Shown piece by piece: positions 9,780-20,418 of a stretch of DNA of 32,000 nt. Under the pieces are notes generated by a model. The model saw only the letters and a list, made by a program, of their open reading frames with translations. It searched no databases and was not told where the DNA came from. Position numbers and translations under genes: made by a program. How positions within the stretch are numbered: the stretch's first letter is position 1; each line of letters begins with the position of its first letter. Source of the DNA: Synechocystis sp. PCC 6803 substr. PCC-P (GTDB taxonomy: Bacteria > Cyanobacteriota > Cyanobacteriia > Cyanobacteriales > Microcystaceae); assembly GCF_000284455.1 (NCBI RefSeq), contig NC_017039.1:2580001-2612000 (forward strand). Reading direction: 5' to 3'.

Positions 9780-10934
9780 ATGCCAGACACTAGCGCCTTT
9801 TCCGCAACAACTCGGCCCTATTTTGCCACTGTGGCCCGGGGACTGGAGGCGATCGCCGCCCAGGAGTTAACTGAATTGGGGGCAGAACAGGTAAAGCCAG
9901 AATTTGCTGGGGTTGCCTTCATTGGCGATCGGGCCCTACTGTACCGCATTAACCTCTGGTCTCGGTTAATTTATCGGGTGCTGATGCCCATGGCCACGGT
10001 CAAAGCCTTTAACGCCCAGGACCTATACCGCAGCATCAAAAAAATAGATTGGGACGAATATTTCAGCCCCGAGCAAACTTTACAAATTAACTGCACTGGC
10101 AAAAATCCCCAGCTTAACCATAGCCATTTCACCGCTCTTCAGGTGAAAAATGCCATTGTTGATCAACAGCGTGATCGCTATCAACGTCGTTCTAGTGTTG
10201 ACCTCGAGCAGCCAGATATAGTTATCAATGCCCACATTCACCAAAACCATTGTCAACTAAGTTTGGATAGTACGGGTTTTAGTCTGCACCGTCGGGGTTA
10301 TCGGCCTGCCCTGGGGAATGCCCCCCTGAAGGAGACCTTAGCTTCTGCTTTGTTAACTATGGCCGGATGGACTCCGGAACTCCCCCTTTATGATCCCCTC
10401 TGTGGCTCTGGTACTTTTCTCTTGGAAGCGGGGCTACAAAGTTTAAACATTGCTCCCGGCAAATTTCAGCCTGGTTTTTGTTTTCAGCAATGGCCCGATT
10501 TCGACCAAGACCTCTGGCATTCCCTCCTGCAAACAGCCAAGGCCGGGGAAAGGGATACCCTCCAAGCTCCCCTGTGGGGCAGTGACGGCGATCGGGAGGT
10601 AATTCAGGCGGCTAAGAGCAATGCCCAACAATGTCAGTTGGGAGGAAAAATCCATTGGCAAAAATTGAATTTTGCCGACATTGAACCACCGGCCGCCGAA
10701 GGAGTGCTAATTTGTAATCCTCCCTACGGTAAGCGCATTGGCCAAGAGGAAGCATTGGGGGATTTTTATCAACAAATAGGGGATGTGCTCAAGCAAAGAT
10801 TTAGGGGTTGGACAGCCTTCGTTTTCAGTGGAAACAAGGCTTTGACCAAACGCATTGGCTTAAGAACCTCTGCCCGTTTTCCCGTTAACAATGGCGGTCT
10901 ACCCTGCACTCTGTTGAAGTATGAACTTTACTGA
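9780..10934 (+). CDS. THUMP-domain class I SAM-dependent RNA methyltransferase (RlmL/UPF0020 family)
   Basis: 384 aa; DPLCGSGTFLLEA and CNPPYGKRIG (NPPY motif). Confidence 0.9.
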   Translation: MPDTSAFSATTRPYFATVARGLEAIAAQELTELGAEQVKPEFAGVAFIGDRALLYRINLWSRLIYRVLMPMATVKAFNAQDLYRSIKKIDWDEYFSPEQTLQINCTGKNPQLNHSHFTALQVKNAIVDQQRDRYQRRSSVDLEQPDIVINAHIHQNHCQLSLDSTGFSLHRRGYRPALGNAPLKETLASALLTMAGWTPELPLYDPLCGSGTFLLEAGLQSLNIAPGKFQPGFCFQQWPDFDQDLWHSLLQTAKAGERDTLQAPLWGSDGDREVIQAAKSNAQQCQLGGKIHWQKLNFADIEPPAAEGVLICNPPYGKRIGQEEALGDFYQQIGDVLKQRFRGWTAFVFSGNKALTKRIGLRTSARFPVNNGGLPCTLLKYELY

Positions 10935-11155
10935 AGTTGCCACATTGAATTATTGATTATTGAAAATTTTTAACGGTAACAATTAACCAATTTGCAATTG
11001 TTGGTGTTGTCTCCAGTTTGCTCCCCTACTCTGACCCTATTTCGTCCTTGGGTGGGTCAGGAGATCCCGAAAAATGCCACCATAATGGGTTAGTAGTTGA
11101 TTTCTCTTCTTTCTCTCCAACTACTGCTTACCATAAAGTTTTTGCTGTTTTCACC

Positions 11156-11794
11156 ATGACCGATCGCCGTCAGTATGCTCCCGCTACCCAACGCAACCGA
11201 GAGACGATCGCCGCTGTTTTGCAGGAGTATCTCCCCTCCCAAGGCAGTATTTTAGAAATTGCCAGTGGCACCGGGGAACATGCTTGCTTTTTTGCGCCCC
11301 TATTTTCCCCCCGTTGGTGGATTACGTCTGACCCAGACCCCCTTTGCCGGGAAAGTATCATGGCCTGGCGAGACCATCAAGCATTGGCCAATTTTCAGTC
11401 ACCTTTGGATTTGGACGTTAATGACCAGGTTTGGCCAGTGGAGCGAGAAATATTACGGGAACCCGTTACTAGTATTGTGGCCATCAACTTGATTCATATT
11501 TCCCCCTGGGAATCCTGCTTAGGGTTACTAACTGGGGCAGAACGCATTTTGCCGGAGGGGGGCATCCTCTATCTCTACGGCCCTTACCGCCAAAAGGGAG
11601 TACCAACGGCTCCTAGCAATGAAGCGTTTGATCAATCGTTGCAAAGTCGTAACCCAGCTTGGGGTTTGAGGCAGTTGGAAGATGTGATTGGGGAAGCGGG
11701 AAAGAGAAATTTACACAATCAAGCAATAATTCCCATGCCTGCTAACAATTTATCGGTAATTTTCCAGAAGGGGTCAGGGCAAAATTCTGGTTAA
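11156..11794 (+). CDS. DUF938 family SAM-dependent methyltransferase-like protein
   Basis: ORF 11018..11794; likely start MTDRRQYAPATQRNRETI at 11156; ILEIASGTGEHACFFA SAM motif, LYGPYRQKG. Confidence 0.8.
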   Translation: MTDRRQYAPATQRNRETIAAVLQEYLPSQGSILEIASGTGEHACFFAPLFSPRWWITSDPDPLCRESIMAWRDHQALANFQSPLDLDVNDQVWPVEREILREPVTSIVAINLIHISPWESCLGLLTGAERILPEGGILYLYGPYRQKGVPTAPSNEAFDQSLQSRNPAWGLRQLEDVIGEAGKRNLHNQAIIPMPANNLSVIFQKGSGQNSG

Positions 11795-11881
11795 TATTCA
11801 TTACTCACAGTCGGGAATTGCTGGGTAATCCGTTGCTAAAAATCCAGTAGATTTGACTAGATTCCATTTCCCTACCCTGCC

Positions 11882-12988
11882 ATGATCTCAGACCAAACCC
11901 ATATGCGTCGTTGCCTAACCCTGGCAAAAACGGCGATCGGCAAAACAGCCCCCAATCCCCTGGTGGGGTCGGTCATTGTCCAGGGAGACGAGATTGTCGG
12001 CCAAGGTTTCCATCCCCAAGCGGGGCAGCCCCATGGGGAAATTTTTGCCCTCTGGGAAGCTGGCGATCGGGCCAAGGGAGCGACTCTATACGTCAATTTG
12101 GAGCCCTGTAACCATCAAGGTCGTACTCCCCCTTGTACAGAAGCAATTATTCAAGCGGGGATCGCCAAGGTGGTGGTGGGCATGGTGGACCCCAATCCTT
12201 TGGTGGCGGGTAAAGGTATTAGTCGATTGAGACAGGCCGGCATTGAGGTGAAGGTGGGGGTGGAAGAGGAAGCTTGTCAGCGACTGAATGAGGCTTTTTG
12301 CTTTCGCATCAAGCATCAACGACCCTTTGGCATTTTCAAATACGCCATGACTTTGGACGGCAAAATTGCCACTGCCCAGGCCCATAGCAGTTGGGTGACT
12401 AGTAGCTCGGCTCGTCATTGGGTTCATCAATTACGCAGTCAATGTCAGGCGGTGATTATTGGGGGGAATACGGTGCGGCGGGATAATCCTTTGTTAACGA
12501 ATCATGGGGTGGGCGAGGTGAATCCTTTGCGCGTGGTGTTGAGTCGTAGTTTAGATTTACCCATAGAGGCTCAATTGTGGGATCAAGATGTAGCTAAAAC
12601 TTTGGTTATTACGGAAAAAACCTGTGATCGAAATACGCTTAGCCATCTAGAAAAATTAGAGGTAGAAACCCTAGTGTTGGAGCAATTAACTCCCTTGGCG
12701 GTGATGGAAGAGTTATATCAACGGAACTGTTTGCAGGTGTTGTGGGAATGTGGCGGTATTCTCGCTGCTGAGGCGATCGCCATGGGGACAGTGCAAAAAG
12801 TCCATGCTTTTCTGGCCCCGAAAATTATTGGTGGGGTTGCAGCCCCGACTCCGGTGGGGGAACTGGGTTTTCAACAAATGACCCAAGCGTTGAATTTAAC
12901 TGATCTCCATTGCCAGGCAATCGGGCCCGATTGGTTATTTACGGGCTACCTATGCGGGAACGACGACAACGGTCAGAGCAATATTTAA
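11882..12988 (+). CDS. ribD: Bifunctional riboflavin biosynthesis deaminase/reductase RibD
   Basis: 368 aa; TAPNPLVGSVIV, zinc motif HGE...PCNHQGRTPPC, reductase domain KYAMTLDGKIAT. Confidence 0.94.
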   Translation: MISDQTHMRRCLTLAKTAIGKTAPNPLVGSVIVQGDEIVGQGFHPQAGQPHGEIFALWEAGDRAKGATLYVNLEPCNHQGRTPPCTEAIIQAGIAKVVVGMVDPNPLVAGKGISRLRQAGIEVKVGVEEEACQRLNEAFCFRIKHQRPFGIFKYAMTLDGKIATAQAHSSWVTSSSARHWVHQLRSQCQAVIIGGNTVRRDNPLLTNHGVGEVNPLRVVLSRSLDLPIEAQLWDQDVAKTLVITEKTCDRNTLSHLEKLEVETLVLEQLTPLAVMEELYQRNCLQVLWECGGILAAEAIAMGTVQKVHAFLAPKIIGGVAAPTPVGELGFQQMTQALNLTDLHCQAIGPDWLFTGYLCGNDDNGQSNI

Positions 12989-13106
12989 CTTCGTCCCAAC
13001 AATTGGCCCATTTTTTCCGCCAGGTGAAGGGACGCTGGCAAACGGGACAAATTTTGCTGGGCAGATGGGCTTTGTTACCTCGGTGGGCCATGGTTATTAA
13101 CCTCGA

Positions 13107-14393
13107 TCAATCCTCTGCTGGTAAAGCAATAACCTTGCCGTAGGCAGTGGGGGACAGGTAAGTTTGGGCTGATTTTTGTAGATCTGCGGCCGTTAAAGCT
13201 TGAATTTGCACGGGGTAGGTCAAGGCCGGTTCTAAATCGCCAATTTGGGCGTAGTAATAACCATATAAATTAGCCCGATCGCCGGGGCGTTCATTACCGA
13301 AAATAAAACGATTGGCCACTTGGGTGCGGATGCGTTCTAAATCCTTTTCTGGAATGGGTTCATTTTGTAGTCGCTCAATATGGTCTAGGATGTATTGCTC
13401 TACCATGGGAATATTTTCCGCTGGTAACTGGGCCGAAATGTAGAACATACCCTGGGTAGCCTGGGTGGAATTACTGGCACCGATCGCCGTCACTAAACCC
13501 TTTTCTTCCCGCAATTCCCTAAACAAACGCGACACTCTTCCCCGACCCAAAATCACCGCTAAGACCCCCAGGGGCAAAGTTTTCTCAAACTGGTCTAACC
13601 CTGGCGATCGCCAGAGCAAAATTAGACGGGCCTGTTGCAAACTGTCATCCACCACCGTGGTCGTTTCTACCTTAGTGAAAGGCGGCGGAATATTAACCAG
13701 CGGGGGCATTAGGGTTTGGGAAGGGGATTTGACCCGGTAACAATCGGCAAAACTGCGGGCTACAGTTTCCACCAAATTACCAACGGACTGATTGCCCACC
13801 ACCGTCACTGTCATGGCTGGGGGCTGGTACCAATGGGCGTGGAAATCCCGCATTTGTTGAGCTTGGAGATTTTCGATAATTTCCCGCCGTCCCAAAACAG
13901 GGCGAGCATAGGGAGTGCCGGGAAAAGCCAACTGCACCACCTGCTGAAAAATGCGTCGCTGGGGATCATCCTGCGATCGCCGAATTTCCTCTAGCACCAC
14001 TAACCGTTCCCGTTCAAAGGGTCCATCGGCAATGGTGGGATTGAGCACCACATCCAGCTGTAAAGGGGCCAAATGCTCAAAATCCTGGGGCGCAGAGGTG
14101 AAGTAAAACTGGGTGTAATCCTGGCTGGTGGCCGCATTGGTGCCCGCCCCCCTTGATTCAATGGCCCGCTCAAATTCCCCCATGGCCAGGCGGGGAGTAC
14201 CTTTAAACACCATATGTTCTAAAAAGTGAGCAGTACCGTTAATTTCATCTCCCTCCCAGCGAGAACCCACCCTCAACCAGAGCTGAAAAGATATGGCTTC
14301 CACCGGCATCTGCTCCGCAATAATGGTCAAACCATTAGGCAACACTTCAACATGGGGCAGATTGAGGCGGGGAGGCAATAGGCTGGGGGTCAT
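13107..14393 (-). CDS. M16 family zinc metallopeptidase (processing protease)
   Basis: 428 aa; inverted zinc motif GTAHFLEHMVFKG, RRXXR-like FRELREEKGLVTAI region. Confidence 0.93.
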   Translation of the reverse strand: MTPSLLPPRLNLPHVEVLPNGLTIIAEQMPVEAISFQLWLRVGSRWEGDEINGTAHFLEHMVFKGTPRLAMGEFERAIESRGAGTNAATSQDYTQFYFTSAPQDFEHLAPLQLDVVLNPTIADGPFERERLVVLEEIRRSQDDPQRRIFQQVVQLAFPGTPYARPVLGRREIIENLQAQQMRDFHAHWYQPPAMTVTVVGNQSVGNLVETVARSFADCYRVKSPSQTLMPPLVNIPPPFTKVETTTVVDDSLQQARLILLWRSPGLDQFEKTLPLGVLAVILGRGRVSRLFRELREEKGLVTAIGASNSTQATQGMFYISAQLPAENIPMVEQYILDHIERLQNEPIPEKDLERIRTQVANRFIFGNERPGDRANLYGYYYAQIGDLEPALTYPVQIQALTAADLQKSAQTYLSPTAYGKVIALPAED

Positions 14394-14595
14394 GGAGGAA
14401 AACGGATAGGGTTTGCTCTATGTCTCTTTCCACTCTGACACAATGCTTAGGTTTGGGGGGAATTTTCTTCTCTTTGCTGAGACCCTGCCCAATGGTAAAG
14501 CTTAACTATTCCTGGGGGGTAAACCGCTGGAACCTGCCCAAAAACCTTTAAGATCAAGGGGTGGACTGTAATCCCCAAGAGAATTCTCCCAATTT

Positions 14596-15675
14596 TTGTC
14601 ATCATTTGCCACTATGCTAACCACCGATGCCGTTTTAACTGTACTCCGTCCCGTTCAAGACCCCGAACTACAAAAAAGCTTAGTGGAACTGAACATGATC
14701 CGGGATGTGGCGATCGCCGGGGGCACTGTTAGTTTCACCCTGGTGTTGACCACACCGGCCTGTCCTTTGCGGGAATTCATTGTGGAGGATTGCGAAAAGG
14801 CGGTGAAAACTTTGCCGGGGGTGGAAAAGGTGGAAGTAAAGGTGACGGCGGAAACCCCCCAGCAAAAATCCTTGCCCGATCGCCAATCGGTGGGACAAGT
14901 GAAAAATATCATTGCCATCTCCAGCGGCAAAGGGGGAGTGGGGAAAAGCACTGTGGCGGTGAATGTGGCCGTGGCCCTGGCCCAAACTGGAGCGGCGGTG
15001 GGACTATTGGATGCAGACATTTATGGTCCCAATGCCCCCACCATGTTAGGTCTAAGCGGTGCGGCGGTACAGGTGCAAAATAGCCCCCAGGGGGAAGTGC
15101 TGGAGCCAGTGTTTAACCATGGCATCAAAATGGTTTCCATGGGCTTTTTAATTGATCCAGACCAACCAGTAATTTGGCGGGGCCCCATGTTGAACGGCAT
15201 TATCCGTCAGTTCCTCTACCAAGTTAATTGGGGAGCCTTGGATTACCTGATCGTGGATATGCCCCCCGGTACCGGCGATGCCCAGCTTACCCTAACTCAA
15301 TCGGTGCCCATGGCCGGTGCAGTCATTGTCACCACCCCCCAAACTGTCTCTTTGTTGGATGCCCGCCGGGGTTTGAAAATGTTCCAACAAATGGGGGTAA
15401 ACGTGTTGGGCATTGTGGAAAATATGAGCTACTTTATTCCTCCGGATCTGCCGGATCGCCAATATGATCTCTTCGGTTCCGGCGGCGGCGAAAAAGCTTC
15501 CAAGGAATTGAATGTACCCCTATTGGGCTGTGTCCCGTTGGAAATTGGCCTACGGGAGGGGGGAGACAAAGGCGTTCCCATTGTGGTTTCCCAGCCCGAA
15601 TCAGCCTCGGCCAAAGCCCTCACGGCGATCGCCAAACAAATTGCCGGCAAGGTTTCCATGGCAGCCCTGGTTTAG
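14596..15675 (+). CDS. mrp: Mrp/NBP35 family Fe-S cluster carrier ATPase (N-terminal DUF59/MIP18 domain plus ParA-like ATPase)
   Basis: IAISSGKGGVGKSTVAVNVA deviant Walker A; DYLIVDMPPGTGDAQLTL; N-terminal DPELQKSLVELNMIRDV. Confidence 0.94.
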   Translation: MSSFATMLTTDAVLTVLRPVQDPELQKSLVELNMIRDVAIAGGTVSFTLVLTTPACPLREFIVEDCEKAVKTLPGVEKVEVKVTAETPQQKSLPDRQSVGQVKNIIAISSGKGGVGKSTVAVNVAVALAQTGAAVGLLDADIYGPNAPTMLGLSGAAVQVQNSPQGEVLEPVFNHGIKMVSMGFLIDPDQPVIWRGPMLNGIIRQFLYQVNWGALDYLIVDMPPGTGDAQLTLTQSVPMAGAVIVTTPQTVSLLDARRGLKMFQQMGVNVLGIVENMSYFIPPDLPDRQYDLFGSGGGEKASKELNVPLLGCVPLEIGLREGGDKGVPIVVSQPESASAKALTAIAKQIAGKVSMAALV

Positions 15676-15677
15676 CA

Positions 15678-17024
15678 CTAGGGTGTTAAATGCTCTTCGA
15701 TGAAATTGGTGTACACATCCCCGGCCAGAAAAGCTGGGGTTTGTAGTATGCGCTGGTGAAATTCCAATGTGGTGGGTACTCCAGTGATGGCGCATTCCCG
15801 CAAGGCTCTCTGCATTCTCTTGATGGCCGAAGGGCGATCGCCAGCCCAAACAATTAATTTGCCGATCAGGGAATCGTAGTAGGGAGGGATTTCATAGTCG
15901 GTGTAAACGTGGGAATCAATGCGGACTCCGGGGCCACCGGGGGGGAGATAAGCACTGATTTTGCCGGGGTGGGGGCGAAAATTTTGTTTGGGATCTTCAG
16001 CATTAATGCGGCATTCAATGGCATGGCCACGAATTTCCACGTCGGACTGGCGGAAGCGGAGTTTTTCTCCCATGGCAATGCGGATTTGTTCCGAAATCAA
16101 GTCATAGCCGGTAATCATTTCTGTAACCGGATGCTCCACCTGAATGCGGGTGTTCATTTCCATAAAGTAGAAATTACCGTTACCATCCACCAAAAATTCC
16201 ACTGTGCCGGCTCCGACGTAGTTAATGGATTTGGCCGCTTTCACCGCCGCCTCCCCCATTTTTTTCCGCAAGTGGGGAGTCAAAAAGGGACTAGGGGCTT
16301 CTTCGAGTAACTTTTGATGTCGCCGTTGGATGGAACAATCCCTTTCCCCCAGGTGCACTACGTTACCGTGGCTATCGGCCAAAATTTGGAACTCAATATG
16401 GCGGGGTTTTTCAATGAATTTTTCCAGGTAAACCCCTGGATTGCCAAAGGCCGCCCCTGCTTCCCCCTGGGCCGCATGGAACAGTTTGAGAAAATCCTTT
16501 TCTTCCTGGACGAGGCGCATCCCCCTACCGCCGCCCCCAGCTGTGGCTTTAATAATTACCGGGTAACCAATTTCCGCTGCAATTTTTAGGGCCGTTGCTT
16601 CCGACTCAATCAAGCCCGGACTGCCAGGCACACAGGGCACACCGGACTTTTGCATGGTTTTCTTGGCGGTGGATTTATCCCCCATGGCGGTGATGGCTTC
16701 AGGGCTGGGGCCGATGAAAGTAATTTGATGGTCGGCACAAATTTCAGCAAAGCGGGCATTTTCCGCTAAAAATCCGTAACCAGGGTGAATGGCAGTGGCG
16801 TTGCGGGTGAGGGCGGCGGCAATGATATTGGGAATGTTGAGATAGCTTTTATTGCTGGGGGGTGGCCCAATGCACACACTCTCGTTGGCTAGTTGCACGT
16901 GGAGGGCATGGCGATCGATGGTGGAGTGGACTGCCACGGTGGGAATGCCCAATTCTTCGCAACTGTGAATGATGCGTAGGGCGATCTCTCCCCGATTGGC
17001 AATTAAAATTTTGGCGAATTGCAT
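15678..17024 (-). CDS. accC: Acetyl-CoA carboxylase biotin carboxylase subunit
   Basis: 448 aa; [59 protein letters not shown]. Confidence 0.98.
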   Translation of the reverse strand: MQFAKILIANRGEIALRIIHSCEELGIPTVAVHSTIDRHALHVQLANESVCIGPPPSNKSYLNIPNIIAAALTRNATAIHPGYGFLAENARFAEICADHQITFIGPSPEAITAMGDKSTAKKTMQKSGVPCVPGSPGLIESEATALKIAAEIGYPVIIKATAGGGGRGMRLVQEEKDFLKLFHAAQGEAGAAFGNPGVYLEKFIEKPRHIEFQILADSHGNVVHLGERDCSIQRRHQKLLEEAPSPFLTPHLRKKMGEAAVKAAKSINYVGAGTVEFLVDGNGNFYFMEMNTRIQVEHPVTEMITGYDLISEQIRIAMGEKLRFRQSDVEIRGHAIECRINAEDPKQNFRPHPGKISAYLPPGGPGVRIDSHVYTDYEIPPYYDSLIGKLIVWAGDRPSAIKRMQRALRECAITGVPTTLEFHQRILQTPAFLAGDVYTNFIEEHLTP

Positions 17025-17141
17025 TGGCCCACCCAGCTCTAGCGTTGGAAAACGATGTGTTTAGTCTTTTAGTAGAATATCGGGTTTTGTTGACTAGGCG
17101 ATCGCCGATATACTGACCCCGCGTCCCCATTCCCATTGCCC

Positions 17142-17801
17142 ATGACTTCCCCACCAACTCCAGACCAGGCCGCCGATGAGTATTTTGAGTATCATTTTGC
17201 CCATCGGGTCACCCCGGACCACCACGAAATTTTTCTGGAATGCCAAGAACAGTTAAAAATATTAGTAACAAAATATCCTGGTTATATTAGCAGTGAATCC
17301 ACGGAATTAAGATCTGAAGGGGATATTTTTGTAGCGGAGACTGTAATCCGTTTTGATACACTGGAAAACTTTATGGGCTGGATAGATAGCCCGGAAAGAA
17401 GGCAACTAATTTACCTAGAAGAAAATGCTGGTTATCAGTTTGAAGGTAAAGTTAATACGGAAGGTTACAGTCGTTGGCTAAAACGCAAGTTGAGCAAACC
17501 TTCCCCTGTGTGGAAAATCAATCTTTTGGTGTTGTTGGTGCTTTATCCCACTGTGATGGGCTTTAACCTATTATTCCGTAAACCGGATTTTATCGACTTT
17601 CCCACCTGGATGCTATTTGGTAATTTTTGTAGCGTCTCTATCACGGGTTGGTTTGCGGTACCTTGGGTCAGTGGCATTTATCAACGCTGGCTAGAAGGTC
17701 AAGGCACAAAAAAAGAGCAAGCACTGGCTTTAGTAACCATTATTCTTGCCCTGCTTTTACTACTGCAATTTTTCCGGGTAATTTTCCAACAATTGGCCTA
17801 A
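17142..17801 (+). CDS. Antibiotic-biosynthesis-monooxygenase-like (ABM/dimeric alpha-beta barrel) domain protein with C-terminal TM segments
   Basis: ORF 17136..17801 (TTG), first ATG at 17142; HHEIFLECQEQLKILVTKYPGYISSE then two hydrophobic segments (INLLVLLVLYPTVMGFNLLF; ALALVTIILALLLLLQFF). Confidence 0.75.
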   Translation: MTSPPTPDQAADEYFEYHFAHRVTPDHHEIFLECQEQLKILVTKYPGYISSESTELRSEGDIFVAETVIRFDTLENFMGWIDSPERRQLIYLEENAGYQFEGKVNTEGYSRWLKRKLSKPSPVWKINLLVLLVLYPTVMGFNLLFRKPDFIDFPTWMLFGNFCSVSITGWFAVPWVSGIYQRWLEGQGTKKEQALALVTIILALLLLLQFFRVIFQQLA

Positions 17802-17838
17802 AAAATAACGCTACATTTTTGGTAAGATTTGTACCAAT

Positions 17839-18318
17839 TTAATAGCGGGCACCGTCCGGTAACTGACGAAATTCCTGCCAAACTACTTGGGCTTCTTCCT
17901 GTAAAATTTGCTCCGGTGCCAGCAGTCTTTCGGGGTAAGGTTTTTCCAAGTCTTTACTGATGTTACTGTCGTCAAAGAGATCTTCAAAATCGCTCCAACC
18001 AGCGGCGTAGTAAATTTTGTCAATCCTGGCCCAATAGCTGGTGGCGTAGCACATGGGGCAACATTCACAACTGCTGTACATCACCGCCCCTTCCAGGTTC
18101 CAGCTACCCACGGTTTTACAAGCTTCCCGGATGGCATTGACTTCCGCATGGGCAGAGGGATCATTATCTTGGATCACACTGTTCCCGGCCGCCCCAATCA
18201 CTTCTCCGTCTTTGACAATCACGACGCCAAAGGGACCGCCGGTCTTGTTGACCACCCCCGCATCCCTCATAATGGCGATCGCCTGGCGCATGTACTCACG
18301 GTCTTGTTCGGTAACCAT
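17839..18318 (-). CDS. Cytidine/deoxycytidylate/guanine deaminase-like zinc-binding protein
   Basis: 159 aa; GGPFGVVIV, HAEVNAIREA, CECCPMC zinc ligands, ATSYWARIDKIYYA. Confidence 0.87.
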   Translation of the reverse strand: MVTEQDREYMRQAIAIMRDAGVVNKTGGPFGVVIVKDGEVIGAAGNSVIQDNDPSAHAEVNAIREACKTVGSWNLEGAVMYSSCECCPMCYATSYWARIDKIYYAAGWSDFEDLFDDSNISKDLEKPYPERLLAPEQILQEEAQVVWQEFRQLPDGARY

Positions 18319-18534
18319 TGGGGTATATCCTCAAAAAGGGTAGATTTAGTCCGATGAACTACGACTGTACTTGGTTGTAATTTGCTTAACTATCGGCCCG
18401 AATTGTACTTTTAATTCACTAGAAGGATTAATGCAGAGATGCCGTTTCTCACAATTCTTTACATTGTTAAGGGTAATTAAGACCATGGTAGTTAAAGGTG
18501 TAATGAACTGGGCAGACTTTCTAGATATTTTGTG

Positions 18535-19524
18535 ATGAAAACTGTTTTCTTTGGTACACCAGATTTTGCTGTTCCTACCCTGGAAGCTCTTTTGGGGCAC
18601 CCGGATATTGATGTGTTGGCGGTGGTGAGCCAGCCCGATCGCCGTCGGGGTAGGGGGAGTAAGTTAATCCCTTCCCCAGTTAAAGAAGTCGCAGTACAAG
18701 CCGGTATTCCTGTGTGGCAACCGGAACGGGTCAAACGATGCCAAGAAACCTTAGCTAAGTTAAAAAATTGCCAAGCGGATTTCTTTGTGGTGGTGGCCTA
18801 TGGGCAGCTACTTTCCCCAGAAATTTTGGTCATGCCCCGGCTGGGATGTGTCAATGTCCATGGATCCCTCTTACCCAAATATCGTGGGGCTGCTCCCCTG
18901 CAATGGGCGATCGCCAACGGAGAAACGGAAACCGGAGTCACCACTATGCTGATGGACGAAGGCATGGACACCGGGGCCATGCTGCTGAAAACTACTACCC
19001 CCATTGGCTTAATGGATAACCTAACGGCGATCGGCGATCGATTGGCTAGGTCGGGGGCGGAATTGTTAGTGCAAACCCTAAAGGATTTAGATGCAGGCCA
19101 ACTGCAACCCATTCCCCAAACTGAAACGGAAGCCACCTATGCCCCACTGCTGAAAAAAGGGGATTTTGTCATTAATTGGCACCGGAGTGCCCTGGAAATC
19201 CATAACCAAGTGCGGGGTTTTGCACCGGCGTGCCACACAGCTTGGGGAGAGCAGATTTTGAAAATAATTAGCACTGTTCCCCTTGGAGCTGAATTTTTTC
19301 CCCTCTTGCCGGAAAAGTATCAAGATTTAGCCACCGCCTACCTAAATTACTCATTAGAAGCGGGGGAACCAGGCAATATAATCGGCACCATCAAAAATTG
19401 GGGACCTGTTTTGGAAACCGGCAACGGCCACCTATTATTGGAACAAGTTCAACCCCCAGGCAAAAAGCCCCAAAGCGGTTGGGATTTCATCAACGGGAAC
19501 CGGAGCACCATTAGCTTCGCCTAA
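18535..19524 (+). CDS. fmt: Methionyl-tRNA formyltransferase
   Basis: ORF 18532..19524 (GTG), ATG at 18535; [53 protein letters not shown]. Confidence 0.96.
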   Translation: MKTVFFGTPDFAVPTLEALLGHPDIDVLAVVSQPDRRRGRGSKLIPSPVKEVAVQAGIPVWQPERVKRCQETLAKLKNCQADFFVVVAYGQLLSPEILVMPRLGCVNVHGSLLPKYRGAAPLQWAIANGETETGVTTMLMDEGMDTGAMLLKTTTPIGLMDNLTAIGDRLARSGAELLVQTLKDLDAGQLQPIPQTETEATYAPLLKKGDFVINWHRSALEIHNQVRGFAPACHTAWGEQILKIISTVPLGAEFFPLLPEKYQDLATAYLNYSLEAGEPGNIIGTIKNWGPVLETGNGHLLLEQVQPPGKKPQSGWDFINGNRSTISFA

Positions 19525-19559
19525 ATCAAAGTAATTGAGCGGTAATTGACACAGTTTCC

Positions 19560-20363
19560 ATGAGCGATCGCATCACGCCGGCAGAAAACCTCGGTAGTCC
19601 AGAAAGTTCCCTACTCCTCGCCCAGGGACTATCCAAAAGCTTTGGCGGTCTGCGGGCAGTGGACCACGCCGATATTGTAGTCAAAGAAGGTAGCATCACC
19701 GGGTTAATTGGCCCCAACGGTGCTGGCAAAACCACCCTATTTAATCTACTCTCCAACTTCATTCGTCCTGACCAAGGGGAAGTGCTTTTCAATGGTGATT
19801 CCATTGGCCAGCTAGCCCCCCACCAAATTGCCCTACGGGGTTCTGTGCGGACTTTTCAGGTGGCCAAAGTGCTCTCCCGCCTGACGGTGTTGGAAAATAT
19901 GTTGCTGGCGGATCAACATCAGACTGGGGAAAAGTTTTTGCCCCGACTAATTAATTTTCGACGGGTCCAGAAGGAAGAAAGGGCCAATCGGGAAAAAGCC
20001 ATGGCCATGTTGGAGTCGGTGGGCCTAGGGGCTAAAGCCCAGGATTATGCCGGAGCGTTATCGGGGGGGCAACGGAAGTTATTGGAAATGGCCCGGGCCT
20101 TGATGAGCAATCCGAAACTAATTCTGCTAGATGAACCCGCCGCTGGAGTTAACCCCACCCTGATTGGGCAAATTTGTGAACATATTGTCAACTGGAACCG
20201 CCAGGGCATCACTTTTTTAGTGATTGAACACAATATGGACGTGATCATGACCCTCTGTCATCACGTTTGGGTATTGGCGGAAGGGAGAAACTTAGCCGAT
20301 GGCACTCCCGAGCAAATTCAATCTGACCCTAGGGTTCTGGAAGCCTATTTGGGCGATTCCTAG
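19560..20363 (+). CDS. ABC transporter ATP-binding protein, branched-chain amino acid (LivG) type
   Basis: Walker A GPNGAGKTT, signature LSGGQRKLLEMARAL, Walker B LILLDEPAAGVNP, EHNMDVIM. Confidence 0.92.
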   Translation: MSDRITPAENLGSPESSLLLAQGLSKSFGGLRAVDHADIVVKEGSITGLIGPNGAGKTTLFNLLSNFIRPDQGEVLFNGDSIGQLAPHQIALRGSVRTFQVAKVLSRLTVLENMLLADQHQTGEKFLPRLINFRRVQKEERANREKAMAMLESVGLGAKAQDYAGALSGGQRKLLEMARALMSNPKLILLDEPAAGVNPTLIGQICEHIVNWNRQGITFLVIEHNMDVIMTLCHHVWVLAEGRNLADGTPEQIQSDPRVLEAYLGDS

Positions 20364-20418
20364 AAAATTTAAGTCTAAACTACTTTTTTCTAACTTCAAA
20401 TCGGTGGTGCCTAGCACA

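Noticed and set aside
12086-12430. 114 aa minus-strand ORF inside ribD
   Set aside because: Antisense shadow; composition and motifs explained by ribD coding frame.
14655-15083. Overlapping antisense/alternate ORFs of 97-121 aa inside mrp
   Set aside because: Fully inside a well-supported conserved CDS; no independent protein features.
17883-18357. 149 aa plus-strand ORF opposite the deaminase
   Set aside because: Mirror frame of the deaminase gene, which has clear zinc-site motifs on the minus strand.
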